64,000 nt of DNA from Burkholderiales bacterium (GCA_050248795.1 JBFWRS010000003.1:6500-70499), one strand, 5' to 3'. Positions 32,822 to 42,582 are shown, numbered from the stretch's first letter. The notes: generated by a model from the sequence alone, not told the origin. Program-made: numbers and translations.

Positions 32822-33430
32822 ATGCTCAGCCATGACATGATCGAGCGCAACCAGGCGCTGATGATCGTCCTCGTGATCCTGGTGGTGGCGGTCGGCGGCC
32901 TGGTCGAGATCGTGCCGCTGTATTTCCAGAAGACCGTCACCGAACCGGTGGCGGGCCTGAAGCCCTACACCGCGCTGCAGCTTACCGGCCGCGACGTGTA
33001 CGTGCGCGAAGGCTGCTACAACTGCCACTCGCAGATGGTGCGGCCGTTCCGCGCCGAGGTGGAGCGTTACGGCCACTACTCGGTGGCGGGGGAGTTCGTC
33101 TACGACCGCCCGTTCCAGTGGGGCTCGAAGCGCACCGGCCCGGACCTGCACCGCGTCGGCGGGCGCTATTCGGACGAATGGCATCGACTGCACCTGATGG
33201 ACCCGCGCTCGCTGGTGCCGGAGTCGAACATGCCGGCCTACCCGTGGCTGGCGCGCGACCAGGCGAATGCGCGCGACATCCAGGCCAAGATGCGCGTGCT
33301 GCGCACGCTCGGCGCGCCGTACACCGACGCCGAAATCGCGGCGGCGCCCGGGGAACTCAAGGGCAAGACCGAGATGGACGCGGTGATCGCGTACCTGCAG
33401 GTGCTCGGCACCGCGCTGAAGGCGAAATAG
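32822..33430 (+). CDS. ccoO: cytochrome cbb3 oxidase subunit II (monoheme)
   Basis: N-terminal TM and CYNCHSQ heme motif. Confidence 0.95.
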   Translation: MLSHDMIERNQALMIVLVILVVAVGGLVEIVPLYFQKTVTEPVAGLKPYTALQLTGRDVYVREGCYNCHSQMVRPFRAEVERYGHYSVAGEFVYDRPFQWGSKRTGPDLHRVGGRYSDEWHRLHLMDPRSLVPESNMPAYPWLARDQANARDIQAKMRVLRTLGAPYTDAEIAAAPGELKGKTEMDAVIAYLQVLGTALKAK

Positions 33431-33438
33431 GGGAAGCC

Positions 33439-33585
33439 ATGGACATCAACCTGTTGCGGGTCATCGTCACCGTGGCCGCCTTCACGGCGTTCCTCGGCAT
33501 CGTGTTCTGGGCCTACGGGCCTTCGCGCAAGGCGCGCTTCGAGCGCGACGCCATGCTGCCCTTCGAGGACGGAGAACCGGAATGA
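33439..33585 (+). CDS. ccoQ: cbb3 oxidase subunit CcoQ
   Basis: 48-aa single-TM peptide between ccoO and ccoP. ATGA overlap with ccoP. GGGGAAG RBS. Confidence 0.75.
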   Translation: MDINLLRVIVTVAAFTAFLGIVFWAYGPSRKARFERDAMLPFEDGEPE

Positions 33586-34499
33586 GCATTTTCACGAGCG
33601 GTTTCTGGGACTGGTACATCGGCGTCGCGACCATCGCGTCCATCATCGGCTGCGCCATATTCCTGAAGATGCAGAGCGTCAAACGGGTCGCGGCCGAGCA
33701 TGCGGGCGGGACCACCGAGACCACCGGGCACGTCTGGGACGAGGACCTCGGCGAATACAACAACCCGCTGCCGCGCTGGTGGGCATGGCTCTTTTACCTC
33801 ACCATCGTGTTCGCGATCGGCTACGTGGTGCTGTATCCGGGCCTCGGCAGCTGGCGCGGCACGCTGGGTTGGACCCAACTCGGACAGCTCGACGACGAGA
33901 ACAAGCGTGCCGACGCGCTGTACGGGCCGCTGTTCGAGCGCTTCGCGGCGCAGGACGTGAAGAAGCTCGCCGCCGACCCGCAGGCGCTGGCGGTGGGCCA
34001 GCGCCTGTTCCTGAATCACTGCGCGCAATGCCATGCGTCCGACGGCGGCGGCTCGCGCGGCTTTCCCAGCCTCGCCGACAGCGACTGGCTGTGGGGCGGC
34101 ACGCCGGAAGCCATCAAGGCCACGATCGAGAACGGGCGCAACGGCATCATGCCGCCGTTCGGTCCGGCGCTGGGCGAACAGGGGGCGAAGGACACCGCGC
34201 ACTACGTCATGTCGCTGTCGGGCCTGGCGCACGACTCGATCCGCGCCGCGCGCGGCAAGGCGAGCTTCGCCACCAACTGCGTCGCCTGCCACGGCGCCGA
34301 GGGCAAGGGCAACCCGGCGCTGGGTGCGCCGAACCTCACCGACAAGGTCTGGCTGTACGGCGCCGGGGAGCCGACGATCATCGAAACCATCACCAGGGGC
34401 CGCAACAACCAGATGCCGGCGCACAAGGACATCCTGACGCCGGCCAAGATCCACCTGCTCACGGCTTACGTGATGTCGCTGTCCGGCCCGTCAAGGTGA
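33582..34499 (+). CDS. ccoP: cytochrome cbb3 oxidase subunit III (diheme)
   Basis: TM anchor plus two heme c motifs, CAQCH and CVACH. Confidence 0.9.
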   Translation: MSIFTSGFWDWYIGVATIASIIGCAIFLKMQSVKRVAAEHAGGTTETTGHVWDEDLGEYNNPLPRWWAWLFYLTIVFAIGYVVLYPGLGSWRGTLGWTQLGQLDDENKRADALYGPLFERFAAQDVKKLAADPQALAVGQRLFLNHCAQCHASDGGGSRGFPSLADSDWLWGGTPEAIKATIENGRNGIMPPFGPALGEQGAKDTAHYVMSLSGLAHDSIRAARGKASFATNCVACHGAEGKGNPALGAPNLTDKVWLYGAGEPTIIETITRGRNNQMPAHKDILTPAKIHLLTAYVMSLSGPSR

Positions 34500-35893
34500 A
34501 CACGACAGAGCAGCCACCGAAGGTCATCGAGCAGGTCCTCTACGCCAGCGACGCGCGCATATACCCGCGCGCGGTGCATGGTTGGTTCGCCGCCTGGCGC
34601 TGGCTGCTGGTATGGGGGACGCAGCTCGTCTTCTACGGCACGGCGTGGCTGGAATGGAACGGCAGGCAGGCGGTGCTGTTCGACATCGCGCACCGCAAGT
34701 TCTACATCTTCGGCCTGGTGTTCTGGCCGCAGGACATCATCTACCTCACCGCGCTGCTGGTGATCTCGGCGCTGTCGCTGTTCCTCTTTACCGCGGTGGC
34801 CGGGCGGCTGTGGTGCGGCTATGCCTGCCCGCAGACCGTCTATACCGAGATCTTCCTGTGGGTGGAACGCAAGATCGAGGGCGACCGCACGAAGCGCATG
34901 AAGCTCGACGCCGCGCCGATGAGCGCGCGCAAGTTCGCGCTGAAGGCGGCGAAGCACGGTATCTGGGCGGCGATCGGGCTGTGGACCGGCTTCACCTTCG
35001 TCGGCTACTTCACGCCGATCCGGGAACTGGGCGCCAGCGTGCTGTCGCTATCCCTGGGGCCCTGGGAGACCTTCTGGCTGCTGTTCTACGGCTTCGCCAC
35101 CTACGGCAACGCCGGCTGGATGCGCGAGCAGGTGTGCAAGTACATGTGCCCGTATGCGCGCTTCCAGAGCGCGATGTTCGACAAGGACACGCTGATCATC
35201 ACATATGACAAGGGCAGAGGCGAGCCGCGCGGCGGCCGCTCGCGCTCGGCGTCGCGCGAGGGCCTGGGCGACTGCGTGGACTGCGGCATCTGCGTGCAGG
35301 TGTGTCCCACCGGCATCGACATCCGGAAGGGCCTGCAGTACGAATGCATCGGCTGCGCCGCGTGCATCGACGGCTGCAACCAGGTGATGGACAGGATGGG
35401 CTATCCGCAGGGGCTGATCCGCTACTCGACCACGCACGCGGTGGAGCAGAAGCTGACCCGGCGGCAGATGTTTGCGCGCGCGTTCCGCCCGCGCGTGCTC
35501 GTCTACAGCGCGATCCTCGGCGGCATCATCATCGCCGCGGCGGCCAGCATCTGGCTGCGCGTGCCGCTGAAGGTCGACGTGATCCGCGACCGCGCGGCGA
35601 TCGCGCGCGAAGTGGAAGGACGCTGGGTGGAGAACGTCTACCGGCTGCAGGTGATGAACACGCAGGAGGGCGCGCGGCGCTTCCAGATCCGCGCCGAAGG
35701 CCTGCCGTCGCTGCACGTCGCCGGCGCCGCCGAGGTGGAACTGGCGGGCGCCGCTTCGCGCATGGTACCGGTGCGGCTGCGCATCGACATGGGCGCTGTG
35801 CCCGCGGGCACGCATGCGGTGGAATTCGTGGTCAGCTCGCCCGGCGAGGACCCCCTCAGCGTGCGCGAGAAGACCGTCTTCGTCGTGAGGTGA
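34496..35893 (+). CDS. ccoG: cbb3 assembly ferredoxin/cupric reductase CcoG (FixG)
   Basis: GTG at 34496 in a GTGA overlap with the ccoP stop. TM segments and Cys clusters CPYARFQ, CVDCGICVQVCP and CIGCAACIDGC. Confidence 0.9.
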   Translation: MNTTEQPPKVIEQVLYASDARIYPRAVHGWFAAWRWLLVWGTQLVFYGTAWLEWNGRQAVLFDIAHRKFYIFGLVFWPQDIIYLTALLVISALSLFLFTAVAGRLWCGYACPQTVYTEIFLWVERKIEGDRTKRMKLDAAPMSARKFALKAAKHGIWAAIGLWTGFTFVGYFTPIRELGASVLSLSLGPWETFWLLFYGFATYGNAGWMREQVCKYMCPYARFQSAMFDKDTLIITYDKGRGEPRGGRSRSASREGLGDCVDCGICVQVCPTGIDIRKGLQYECIGCAACIDGCNQVMDRMGYPQGLIRYSTTHAVEQKLTRRQMFARAFRPRVLVYSAILGGIIIAAAASIWLRVPLKVDVIRDRAAIAREVEGRWVENVYRLQVMNTQEGARRFQIRAEGLPSLHVAGAAEVELAGAASRMVPVRLRIDMGAVPAGTHAVEFVVSSPGEDPLSVREKTVFVVR

Positions 35894-35897
35894 TGAC

Positions 35898-36347
35898 ATG
35901 GAAACGCAGAACTCGCAGCCGTGGTACCGGGAGCCGTGGCCGTGGATCCTGATGTCGGGTCCCGCGGCGGTGGTGGTCGCGGGCATCGTCACCACGTGGA
36001 TCGCGTTCGCCTCGGCAGACGGCCTGGTGGCCGATGACTATTACCGCCAGGGGCTGGCGATCAACCAGGAACTGAGCCGCGGCCAGCGCGCGCTGGACCT
36101 CGGCATCTCTGCGCGCATCGACTTGTCCGCCGGCCGGCTGCGCGTCACGCTCGCGGGCGCGGCGCCCGAGGCGCTGGTCGCGCACCTCGCGCACGGCACC
36201 CGCGCCGGCCACGACATGCGCCTGCGGCTCGCCCCGGTGGGCGGCGGCGCCTACGAGGCCGCGGTGCCGGCGTTGCCGCCCGGGCGGTGGAAAGCGGTCA
36301 TCGAGGACCCGCGGCGAGAGTGGCGCATCGCGAGGGATGTGCCATGA
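35898..36347 (+). CDS. ccoH: FixH/CcoH-family cbb3 assembly protein
   Basis: PWYREPWPWILMSGPAAVV...DDYYRQG signature. Confidence 0.8.
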   Translation: METQNSQPWYREPWPWILMSGPAAVVVAGIVTTWIAFASADGLVADDYYRQGLAINQELSRGQRALDLGISARIDLSAGRLRVTLAGAAPEALVAHLAHGTRAGHDMRLRLAPVGGGAYEAAVPALPPGRWKAVIEDPRREWRIARDVP

Positions 36348-36574
36348 AGCGCCTGATCTGGATCCTGTGGCCTTCGTTCATCGTCGGCGGCATCGGCGAG
36401 GTGATCTTCTTCACGCTGTTCGACCCGCAGGAGCTGTACATCTTCGGCGAGCCGACCACGCTGAGCCGCACCGCGGTGTATTCGATCGGCTTCTTCCTCT
36501 GCTGGGCGTTCGCCGCATCCTCCAGCGCGCTTACCTGCTTCCTGCAGCGCGGCGCGGACGAGATAAACCGCTGA
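36344..36574 (+). CDS. small two-TM membrane protein, translationally coupled to ccoH
   Basis: 76 aa. ATGA overlap with the ccoH stop. Two hydrophobic helices. No recognisable family. Confidence 0.5.
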   Translation: MKRLIWILWPSFIVGGIGEVIFFTLFDPQELYIFGEPTTLSRTAVYSIGFFLCWAFAASSSALTCFLQRGADEINR

Positions 36575-36581
36575 AAAACGG

Positions 36582-37721
36582 CTACAGCGCTTGCGCCGCC
36601 GCCAGCGGCGCCACGTGCTCGTGCAGGAACCAGCGCCGCGTCACCACTTCGCGGGTGAACCAGCGCGTGCGCAGCAGCAGCGCCGCGGCAGCTTGCTTCA
36701 GCGCGCCGGGTGCGTCCGCGTCCGCAGCGAAAGCCGCGCGGCGCGCGCCGTAGCGCGCCTCGACCGCACGTGCGTACGGCGCGAGGGCCTCGCCCGCATA
36801 GTTGCCCGCGCATGACGTGATCGTCCTTGCGGCGAGCAGCGCGGATTCGATTGCCGGGCGGATGCCTTCGCCGCTCTCCGGGTAGGCAAGTCCCGCTGCG
36901 TCGCCCACCAGCAGCGCGCCAGCGGCGGCGAGCGGCCGGGACGCGCGCGGGTACAGCAGGTAGGCGTGGCCGCGCGGGCGTGCGCGCGCGACGTCTGCCT
37001 CCAGCACCCCTTCGCGCACCAGCATGGCGCAGAAGTCCGCGGCGTGCTCGGCCAGCCGCTGCGGGTTCTCGCGGCCGATGCCGACGTTCAGCCAGTCGCC
37101 CTTGCGGAACACCCAGGCGTAGCCGGTGAGGTCGGCGCAGAAGTAGAGCTGCGGCGTGTCGCCTCGCACCGTGCAGCGCGCCGCCTGCGCGGCGTCGAGC
37201 TGCACCTCGAACTCCTGCGCGCCGACCACGCGCTCGGCGCGCCCCAGGTCCGCGCCCAGCGCGCGCGCCACCGGGCAGAAATGCCCGCCCGCGCCGATGA
37301 GCAGGGGCGTGCGCGTGTCCTCGTTCACGATCCAGTCGTCGCCGTCGCGGCGCAGGCTCGCCACCGCGCTGCCGGTGCGCAGCTCGGCGCCGCTGCGCTC
37401 GAGCAGGTAGTGGTCGAACTCGCAGCGCCGGATGCCGTAGCTGACCGGCTGCGCGCCGTGGTCGTTCTCCACCGGCGCCGCGCCCAGCCGCGCGATGCGG
37501 AAGCGGTGGATCGGCTGCAGCACGCGCGAGGCGCGATAGTCCTCCACGTCCAGCGCCAGCGATTCGATCACCGCGGGCGTGATCCAGCCGGCGCAGATCT
37601 TGTCGCGCGGGAAGCGGCGCTTGTCGTACACCGCGACCGACAGCCCCGCGCGCACCAGTTCGCGCGCCAGCGTCGAGCCTGCCGGCCCGCCGCCCACGAT
37701 CACCGCGTCGCGGCTCTGCAT
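36582..37721 (-). CDS. FAD-dependent oxidoreductase, geranylgeranyl-reductase-like
   Basis: VIVGGGPAGSTLA dinucleotide-binding motif, RFPRDKICAGW and C-terminal GDAAG motif. Confidence 0.8.
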   Translation of the reverse strand: MQSRDAVIVGGGPAGSTLARELVRAGLSVAVYDKRRFPRDKICAGWITPAVIESLALDVEDYRASRVLQPIHRFRIARLGAAPVENDHGAQPVSYGIRRCEFDHYLLERSGAELRTGSAVASLRRDGDDWIVNEDTRTPLLIGAGGHFCPVARALGADLGRAERVVGAQEFEVQLDAAQAARCTVRGDTPQLYFCADLTGYAWVFRKGDWLNVGIGRENPQRLAEHAADFCAMLVREGVLEADVARARPRGHAYLLYPRASRPLAAAGALLVGDAAGLAYPESGEGIRPAIESALLAARTITSCAGNYAGEALAPYARAVEARYGARRAAFAADADAPGALKQAAAALLLRTRWFTREVVTRRWFLHEHVAPLAAAQAL

Positions 37722-37731
37722 CCTGCGCGGC

Positions 37732-38970
37732 TCAGTCGTACAGGTGCCTGCGCGTCGGCGGCAGCGCGTTGTTGCGCGCGCGGGCGAACGTGACCTGGAA
37801 CAGCTGCATCATGCCGGTGGTGAAGGCCGCGATCGAGCCCGCGAGGTACAGGTGCCAGATGCGCGCGAACTCGTCGCCGCGCGAGGTGCGAATGGAATCG
37901 AGCGCGGCGAGGTAGCGCGCCAGCCAGTGCCCGAGCGTCTGCGCATAGTGCAGGCGCAGGTTCTCGACGTCGAGCACGCTGAAGTCGAACGGCTCGAAGA
38001 TCGCCATCATCTCCGACAGCGCCGGCGGGTGTGCGCCGGGGAAGATGCGCCGCTCGATCCAGCCGATCATCGGCATCGGCCGGTTGCGCCCGATGGTGTG
38101 GATCAGGCCGATGCCCTCGGGCGCGAGGCAGCGCTCGATGGTGGCGCCGAGCGCGCGGTAGTTCTCCGGGCCGACGTGCTCGAGCATGCCCACCGACACG
38201 AAGGCGTCGCACTCGCCCTGGATGTTGCGGTAGTCGTCCTCGATGAAGCTGACGCGGTCGCCCAGTCCCGAGGCGCGGGCGCGTTCGCTGGCGTAGGCGA
38301 TCTGCTCGCGCGAGATGTTCCAGGCGCGCACGCTGACGCCGTACTCGCGCGCCATGTGCAGCGCGAAGCCGCCCCAGCCGCAGCCGGCCTCGATGACGCG
38401 CTGCCCGGGCTTCAACTGCAGCTTGCGGCAGACGTGGTCCATTTTCGCGCGCTGTGCCGCTTCCAGCGTCATGCCGGGTTCGGGGAAGTAGGCGCAGGTG
38501 TACTGCATCGCGTCGCGGTCCAGCCACAACTCGTAGAAGTCGTTGCCGAGGTCGTAGTGGTGCTGGATGTTGTCGCGCGCATCGGTGAGCGAGCGCCCGC
38601 GCGGCGCCGGCGGCCGCCACAGTTGCCACCACGGCGAGGACTGCGCGCGGCGTCCCGCTTCGAGTGCGGCATAGGTGCGCTCGAGGAACGACACCAGGTT
38701 GCCCTCGACTTCGATGCGGCCCTGGCCGTAGAGGTCGCCGAAGTGCAGTTCCGGATTGCGCACCAGCTGGCGCAGCGCGGAGCGGTCGGCGATGTGCACG
38801 CGCATGTCCGAGCCGCTCGCGCCGGCCGACGAGCCGTCCCACAGCACGGTTTCGTAGCCGGCGCGCGGCAGCGCAGCCATCATCGTGCGCAGCAGCCAGC
38901 GGTCGAATGCGCTGGCGCGTTCCGCCTGCGGCTTGGGTGACGGGAGCGACCGTTGAGACGTGAACGTCAT
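37732..38970 (-). CDS. cfa: cyclopropane-fatty-acyl-phospholipid synthase family methyltransferase
   Basis: HYDLGNDFYELWLD, SAM motif VIEAGCGWGG and MLEHVG. 10 bp upstream of the FAD oxidoreductase gene. Confidence 0.85.
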   Translation of the reverse strand: MTFTSQRSLPSPKPQAERASAFDRWLLRTMMAALPRAGYETVLWDGSSAGASGSDMRVHIADRSALRQLVRNPELHFGDLYGQGRIEVEGNLVSFLERTYAALEAGRRAQSSPWWQLWRPPAPRGRSLTDARDNIQHHYDLGNDFYELWLDRDAMQYTCAYFPEPGMTLEAAQRAKMDHVCRKLQLKPGQRVIEAGCGWGGFALHMAREYGVSVRAWNISREQIAYASERARASGLGDRVSFIEDDYRNIQGECDAFVSVGMLEHVGPENYRALGATIERCLAPEGIGLIHTIGRNRPMPMIGWIERRIFPGAHPPALSEMMAIFEPFDFSVLDVENLRLHYAQTLGHWLARYLAALDSIRTSRGDEFARIWHLYLAGSIAAFTTGMMQLFQVTFARARNNALPPTRRHLYD

Positions 38971-39054
38971 CAGCTGCCTCCTGTACTCTGGCCCGGTAGT
39001 ATAAAAACGCCGTGCCCGGATTTGTCCACCATGGCACCGGGTTCGCCGGCGCGC

Positions 39055-39068
39055 TTGACATGGATCAA
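39055..39068. promoter_or_regulatory. FNR/Anr box between divergent cfa and cytochrome c operons
   Basis: TTGACatggATCAA. nAnnAT hexamers sit 21 bp away on both sides: TAGGCT on plus, CATGGT on minus. Confidence 0.7.
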
Positions 39069-39095
39069 TCCGCGCGGGAGTGTGTACCCTAGGCT

Positions 39096-39440
39096 ATGCA
39101 GGCGCAAGCGCTCAACCCCACAGGAGATGCGGTGCCGGTTTTCCCGATTGTCCGCAGCATCGCCGCAATGATGGCCGCGGCGGCTTGCCTGGCGTGGCTC
39201 CCTGGCGCTGCAGCGCAGGACGCCGAGCGCGGCAGGAAGCTCTACGAGAACCACTGCCTCGAGTGCCATTACGAGCGCATTCACAAGCGCGACCCGTCGC
39301 GCTCGCTTATTCGCAGCTACGCGGGGCTTCAGGCCGAGGTCGCGCGCCGGGGCGCACTCACCAGCCAGCGCTTCGCGATCGACGACCTGAACGACATCGC
39401 CGAGTACCTCAACCGCACGCACTACCGGCTGGCGAAATAG
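39096..39440 (+). CDS. monoheme c-type cytochrome (maximal ORF; probable start 39168)
   Basis: CLECH heme motif. Signal-like MMAAAACLAWLPGAAAQD begins at 39168. The ATG at 39096 lies only 27 bp from the FNR box, upstream of the predicted TSS near 39102. Confidence 0.7.
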   Translation: MQAQALNPTGDAVPVFPIVRSIAAMMAAAACLAWLPGAAAQDAERGRKLYENHCLECHYERIHKRDPSRSLIRSYAGLQAEVARRGALTSQRFAIDDLNDIAEYLNRTHYRLAK

Positions 39441-39448
39441 CATTCCGC

Positions 39449-40753
39449 ATGCGGCTGACTTTCCTGGGCGCGGCGGGAGAGGTTACGGGGTCCTGCTACC
39501 TGGTCGACACAGGGGAGGTGAAGTTCCTCATCGAATGCGGGATGTTCCAGGGCGGTGCCGGCGCCGAGCGCAAGAATCACAAGTTCCGCTTCGACCCGCG
39601 CGACATCGCCTTCGTGCTGCTGTCGCATGCGCACATCGACCACTCGGGCCTGCTGCCGCGACTGGCCGCGCAGGGCTTTCGCGGCCCGATCTATACCACG
39701 CCGGCAAGTGCGGAGCTGCTGGCGGTGATGCTGCCGGACAGCGCGCACCTGCAGGAGCGCGACGCCGAGCGCGAGCGCGGGGTGCCGCTGTACACCGTAG
39801 CGCAGGCGCAGGCCAGCCTGAAGCTGGTGCGCAAGGTCGAGTACGGCGCGGAGCTGCATCCGCATGCCGCGGTGCGCTGCACCTACCGCGATGCCGGCCA
39901 CATCCTCGGCTCGGCGATCGTCGAGATCCACGCGGGCGGGCGAAAGCTGGTGTTTTCCGGCGACCTCGGCCAGCCAGGGCGGCCGATCGTCGACGATCCT
40001 GCGCGCATCGCCGATGCGGATGCGCTGCTGGTCGAATCCACCTACGGCGACCGGCTGCACAAGAACCTGGCGCAGACGGTGGACGAATTCGCGTTCGCAC
40101 TGACGGATGCGCTGCGCAGCCGCAAGGGCAACGTCGTCATCCCCTCGTTCGCGGTCGGCCGCACGCAGGAGATCCTGTGGCTGATCGCCGAACTGCGGCG
40201 CGCCGGCCGGCTGCCCGAGATGCGCGTGTACCTCGATTCGCCGATGGCGGTGGCCGCGACGCGCATCACGACCCGGTACGCGCGCCTGCCGGGACTGGAG
40301 CGGGTGCGATTCACCGAACGGCTCGAGGACTCGATGCGCATCAACGCGGTGCGCTCGGGCGCGGTGATCATCTCGGCCAGCGGCATGTGCGAGGGCGGAC
40401 GGGTCAGGCACCACCTGCGCTACAACATCTCGCGTCCGGAGTGTGCGATCGTTTTCGTCGGCTTCCAGGCCGCCGGCACGCTGGGCCGGCGCATCGTCGA
40501 TGGCGCGAAGACGGTGCGGCTGTTCGGCCAGCAGTACCCGGTGCGCGCGAAGGTGTTTACCATCGGCGGCCTGTCCGCGCACGCCGACCAGGCGGCGCTG
40601 ATGGGCTGGATGTCTGCGTTCAGGCGCGCGCCGAAGCAGACCTGGGTGGTGCATGGCGAGCCGCATTCGGCGCATGCGCTGCGCGACGAGATCCGGCGCC
40701 GGCTGCGCTGGCAGGCAAGCGTTCCTTCTTTTGGCGAAACCGTGGAGATCTAG
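39449..40753 (+). CDS. MBL-fold beta-CASP hydrolase (RNA-metabolising, RNase J/CPSF-like)
   Basis: HAHIDHSG, DAGHILGSA, ESTYG and C-terminal SAHADQ motifs of the beta-CASP family. Confidence 0.8.
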   Translation: MRLTFLGAAGEVTGSCYLVDTGEVKFLIECGMFQGGAGAERKNHKFRFDPRDIAFVLLSHAHIDHSGLLPRLAAQGFRGPIYTTPASAELLAVMLPDSAHLQERDAERERGVPLYTVAQAQASLKLVRKVEYGAELHPHAAVRCTYRDAGHILGSAIVEIHAGGRKLVFSGDLGQPGRPIVDDPARIADADALLVESTYGDRLHKNLAQTVDEFAFALTDALRSRKGNVVIPSFAVGRTQEILWLIAELRRAGRLPEMRVYLDSPMAVAATRITTRYARLPGLERVRFTERLEDSMRINAVRSGAVIISASGMCEGGRVRHHLRYNISRPECAIVFVGFQAAGTLGRRIVDGAKTVRLFGQQYPVRAKVFTIGGLSAHADQAALMGWMSAFRRAPKQTWVVHGEPHSAHALRDEIRRRLRWQASVPSFGETVEI

Positions 40754-40756
40754 ACG

Positions 40757-41593
40757 ATGGCTGAACTGTACGGGTCGGATGCGTTCGCGCCTGCCGAGAT
40801 TGCGCGGCGGGTGGAGGCGGTGGGCGTGGCGAAGGCGCGGCTGCCGTTCCTGCAGACCGCGATGCTGGGCGTGCTGGCCGGGGCCTTCATTGGCCTGGGG
40901 GCGCTGTACTTCACGCTTGTGGCGAGCGATGCGTCGCTCGGTTTCGCCGCCAAGCGCGTGCTTGGCGGCGTGTGTTTTTCGATCGGCCTGCTGCTGGTGG
41001 TGGTCGCGGGCGCGGAACTCTTCACCGGCAACAACCTGCTCGCCATGGCCTGGGCCGAGGGCCGCATCAGCTTCGGCGAGGTGCTGCGCAACTGGGTGAT
41101 CGTCTGCGTGGCGAACTTCGTCGGTGCCGCCGGCCTCGCCGCGCTGGTGTACCTGTCCGGGCACTGGCAGATGAACGGCGGCGGCGTCGGCACCACCTAC
41201 CTGGAGATCGCGGCGGCGAAAGCCGCGCTGCCCGCCTGGCGCGCGTTCTTCCTCGGCGTGCTGTGCAACATTCTCGTCTGCATGGCGGTGTGGATGGCGC
41301 TCGCCGGACGCAGCGTGATGGACAAGTTCATCGCCATCGTGTTCCCGATCTCTGCATTCGTCGCCGCCGGCTTCGAGCACTCGATCGCCAACATGTACTT
41401 CTTCCCGTTGGCGATGATGCTGAAGGCGGGCGGCGCCGCGCTGCCGGCAGGGGCGGACGCGGTGACCACCGGCGCGATGTTCGCCAACCTCGCACCGGTG
41501 ATCGCCGGAAACATCATCGGCGGCAGCGTGCTGGTCGCGCTGGTGTACTGGGTGATCTACCTGCGCGGGCGCGCAGCGCCGGGCGGCGGCTGA
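40757..41593 (+). CDS. formate/nitrite transporter family channel
   Basis: 6-TM FNT pattern with FTGNNL and GFEHSIANM motifs. Confidence 0.9.
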   Translation: MAELYGSDAFAPAEIARRVEAVGVAKARLPFLQTAMLGVLAGAFIGLGALYFTLVASDASLGFAAKRVLGGVCFSIGLLLVVVAGAELFTGNNLLAMAWAEGRISFGEVLRNWVIVCVANFVGAAGLAALVYLSGHWQMNGGGVGTTYLEIAAAKAALPAWRAFFLGVLCNILVCMAVWMALAGRSVMDKFIAIVFPISAFVAAGFEHSIANMYFFPLAMMLKAGGAALPAGADAVTTGAMFANLAPVIAGNIIGGSVLVALVYWVIYLRGRAAPGGG

Positions 41594-41620
41594 CACCGCG
41601 CACCGGGCCGGGCAGCGCAG

Positions 41621-42574
41621 ATGCGCCGCTACGACGTCTTCAACGGCGACGCCGACGGCATCTGTGCGCTGCACCAGCTGCGGCTCGCCGAGCCTGCCGA
41701 TGCGGCGCTCGTCACCGGCGTGAAGCGCGACATCGCGCTGCTTGGCCGCGTGCCGGCCGCGGCGGGCGACCTGGTGACCGTGCTCGACGTGTCGCTTGAC
41801 CGCAACCGCGCGGCGCTGCTCGGGCTGCTCGAGCGCGGCGTGAAGGTGCGCTGGTTCGACCACCATTACGCGGGCGAGGTGCCAGCGCACCCCGGGCTGC
41901 AGGCGGACATAGACACCGCGCGCGGTGTCTGCACCAGCATGCTGGTCGACCGGTACCTGGGCGGGCCCTTCCGCGCCTGGGCCGTGGTCGCTGCCTTCGG
42001 CGACGGCCTCGAGCACGCGGCACGTGCGCTCGCCGCCACGCTCGCGCTGAACGAGCAGAGCGTCGAGCGGCTCGCGGAACTGGGGCGCAGCATCAACTAC
42101 AACGCCTATGGCGAGAGCGTCGCCGACCTGGTGATGCCGCCGGAGGCGCTGTACCGCAGCCTCGCACCGCACGTCGATCCGCTCGAATTCATCGATGCCG
42201 AACCCGCCTGTGCGCGGCTGGAGGCGGCACGCAGGGCGGACCTCGCGCTGGCCGCATCGGTGCCGCCGCGCTGGACCAGGGGTGCCGCCGCGTTGTACCT
42301 GCTGCCTGATGCGGCATGGGCGCGACGCGTGGGCGGCACTTACGCAAACCAGCTTGCGCAAGCGGAGCCGGCGCGCTGGATCGCGTTGCTGGTACCGCGC
42401 AGCGCCGGCGGCTATCTGGTCAGCGTGCGCGCCGCCGCGGGCGCTGCGCGGGGCGCCGACGAGCTGTGCCGGCAGTTCGGCGGCGGCGGGCGCGGCGATG
42501 CGGCCGGCATCGATCATCTGCCCGAGTCCGCACTGCAGGCGTTCGAGCGCAGCTACGCCGATGCCTGCGCCTGA
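41621..42574 (+). CDS. DHH/DHHA1-family phosphoesterase-like protein
   Basis: NGDADGICA (DxD motif), WFDHH (DHH motif) and C-terminal [10 protein letters not shown] (DHHA1-like GGGH). Confidence 0.6.
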   Translation: MRRYDVFNGDADGICALHQLRLAEPADAALVTGVKRDIALLGRVPAAAGDLVTVLDVSLDRNRAALLGLLERGVKVRWFDHHYAGEVPAHPGLQADIDTARGVCTSMLVDRYLGGPFRAWAVVAAFGDGLEHAARALAATLALNEQSVERLAELGRSINYNAYGESVADLVMPPEALYRSLAPHVDPLEFIDAEPACARLEAARRADLALAASVPPRWTRGAAALYLLPDAAWARRVGGTYANQLAQAEPARWIALLVPRSAGGYLVSVRAAAGAARGADELCRQFGGGGRGDAAGIDHLPESALQAFERSYADACA

Positions 42575-42582
42575 CGCCGGGT

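Noticed and set aside
39422-42517. 1031-aa minus-strand ORF spanning four plus-strand genes
   Set aside because: It is antisense to genes with clear family motifs (beta-CASP, FNT, DHH). Its composition is Arg/Ala/Gly/His-rich, typical of shadow ORFs in high-GC DNA. It has no RBS and no recognisable domain.
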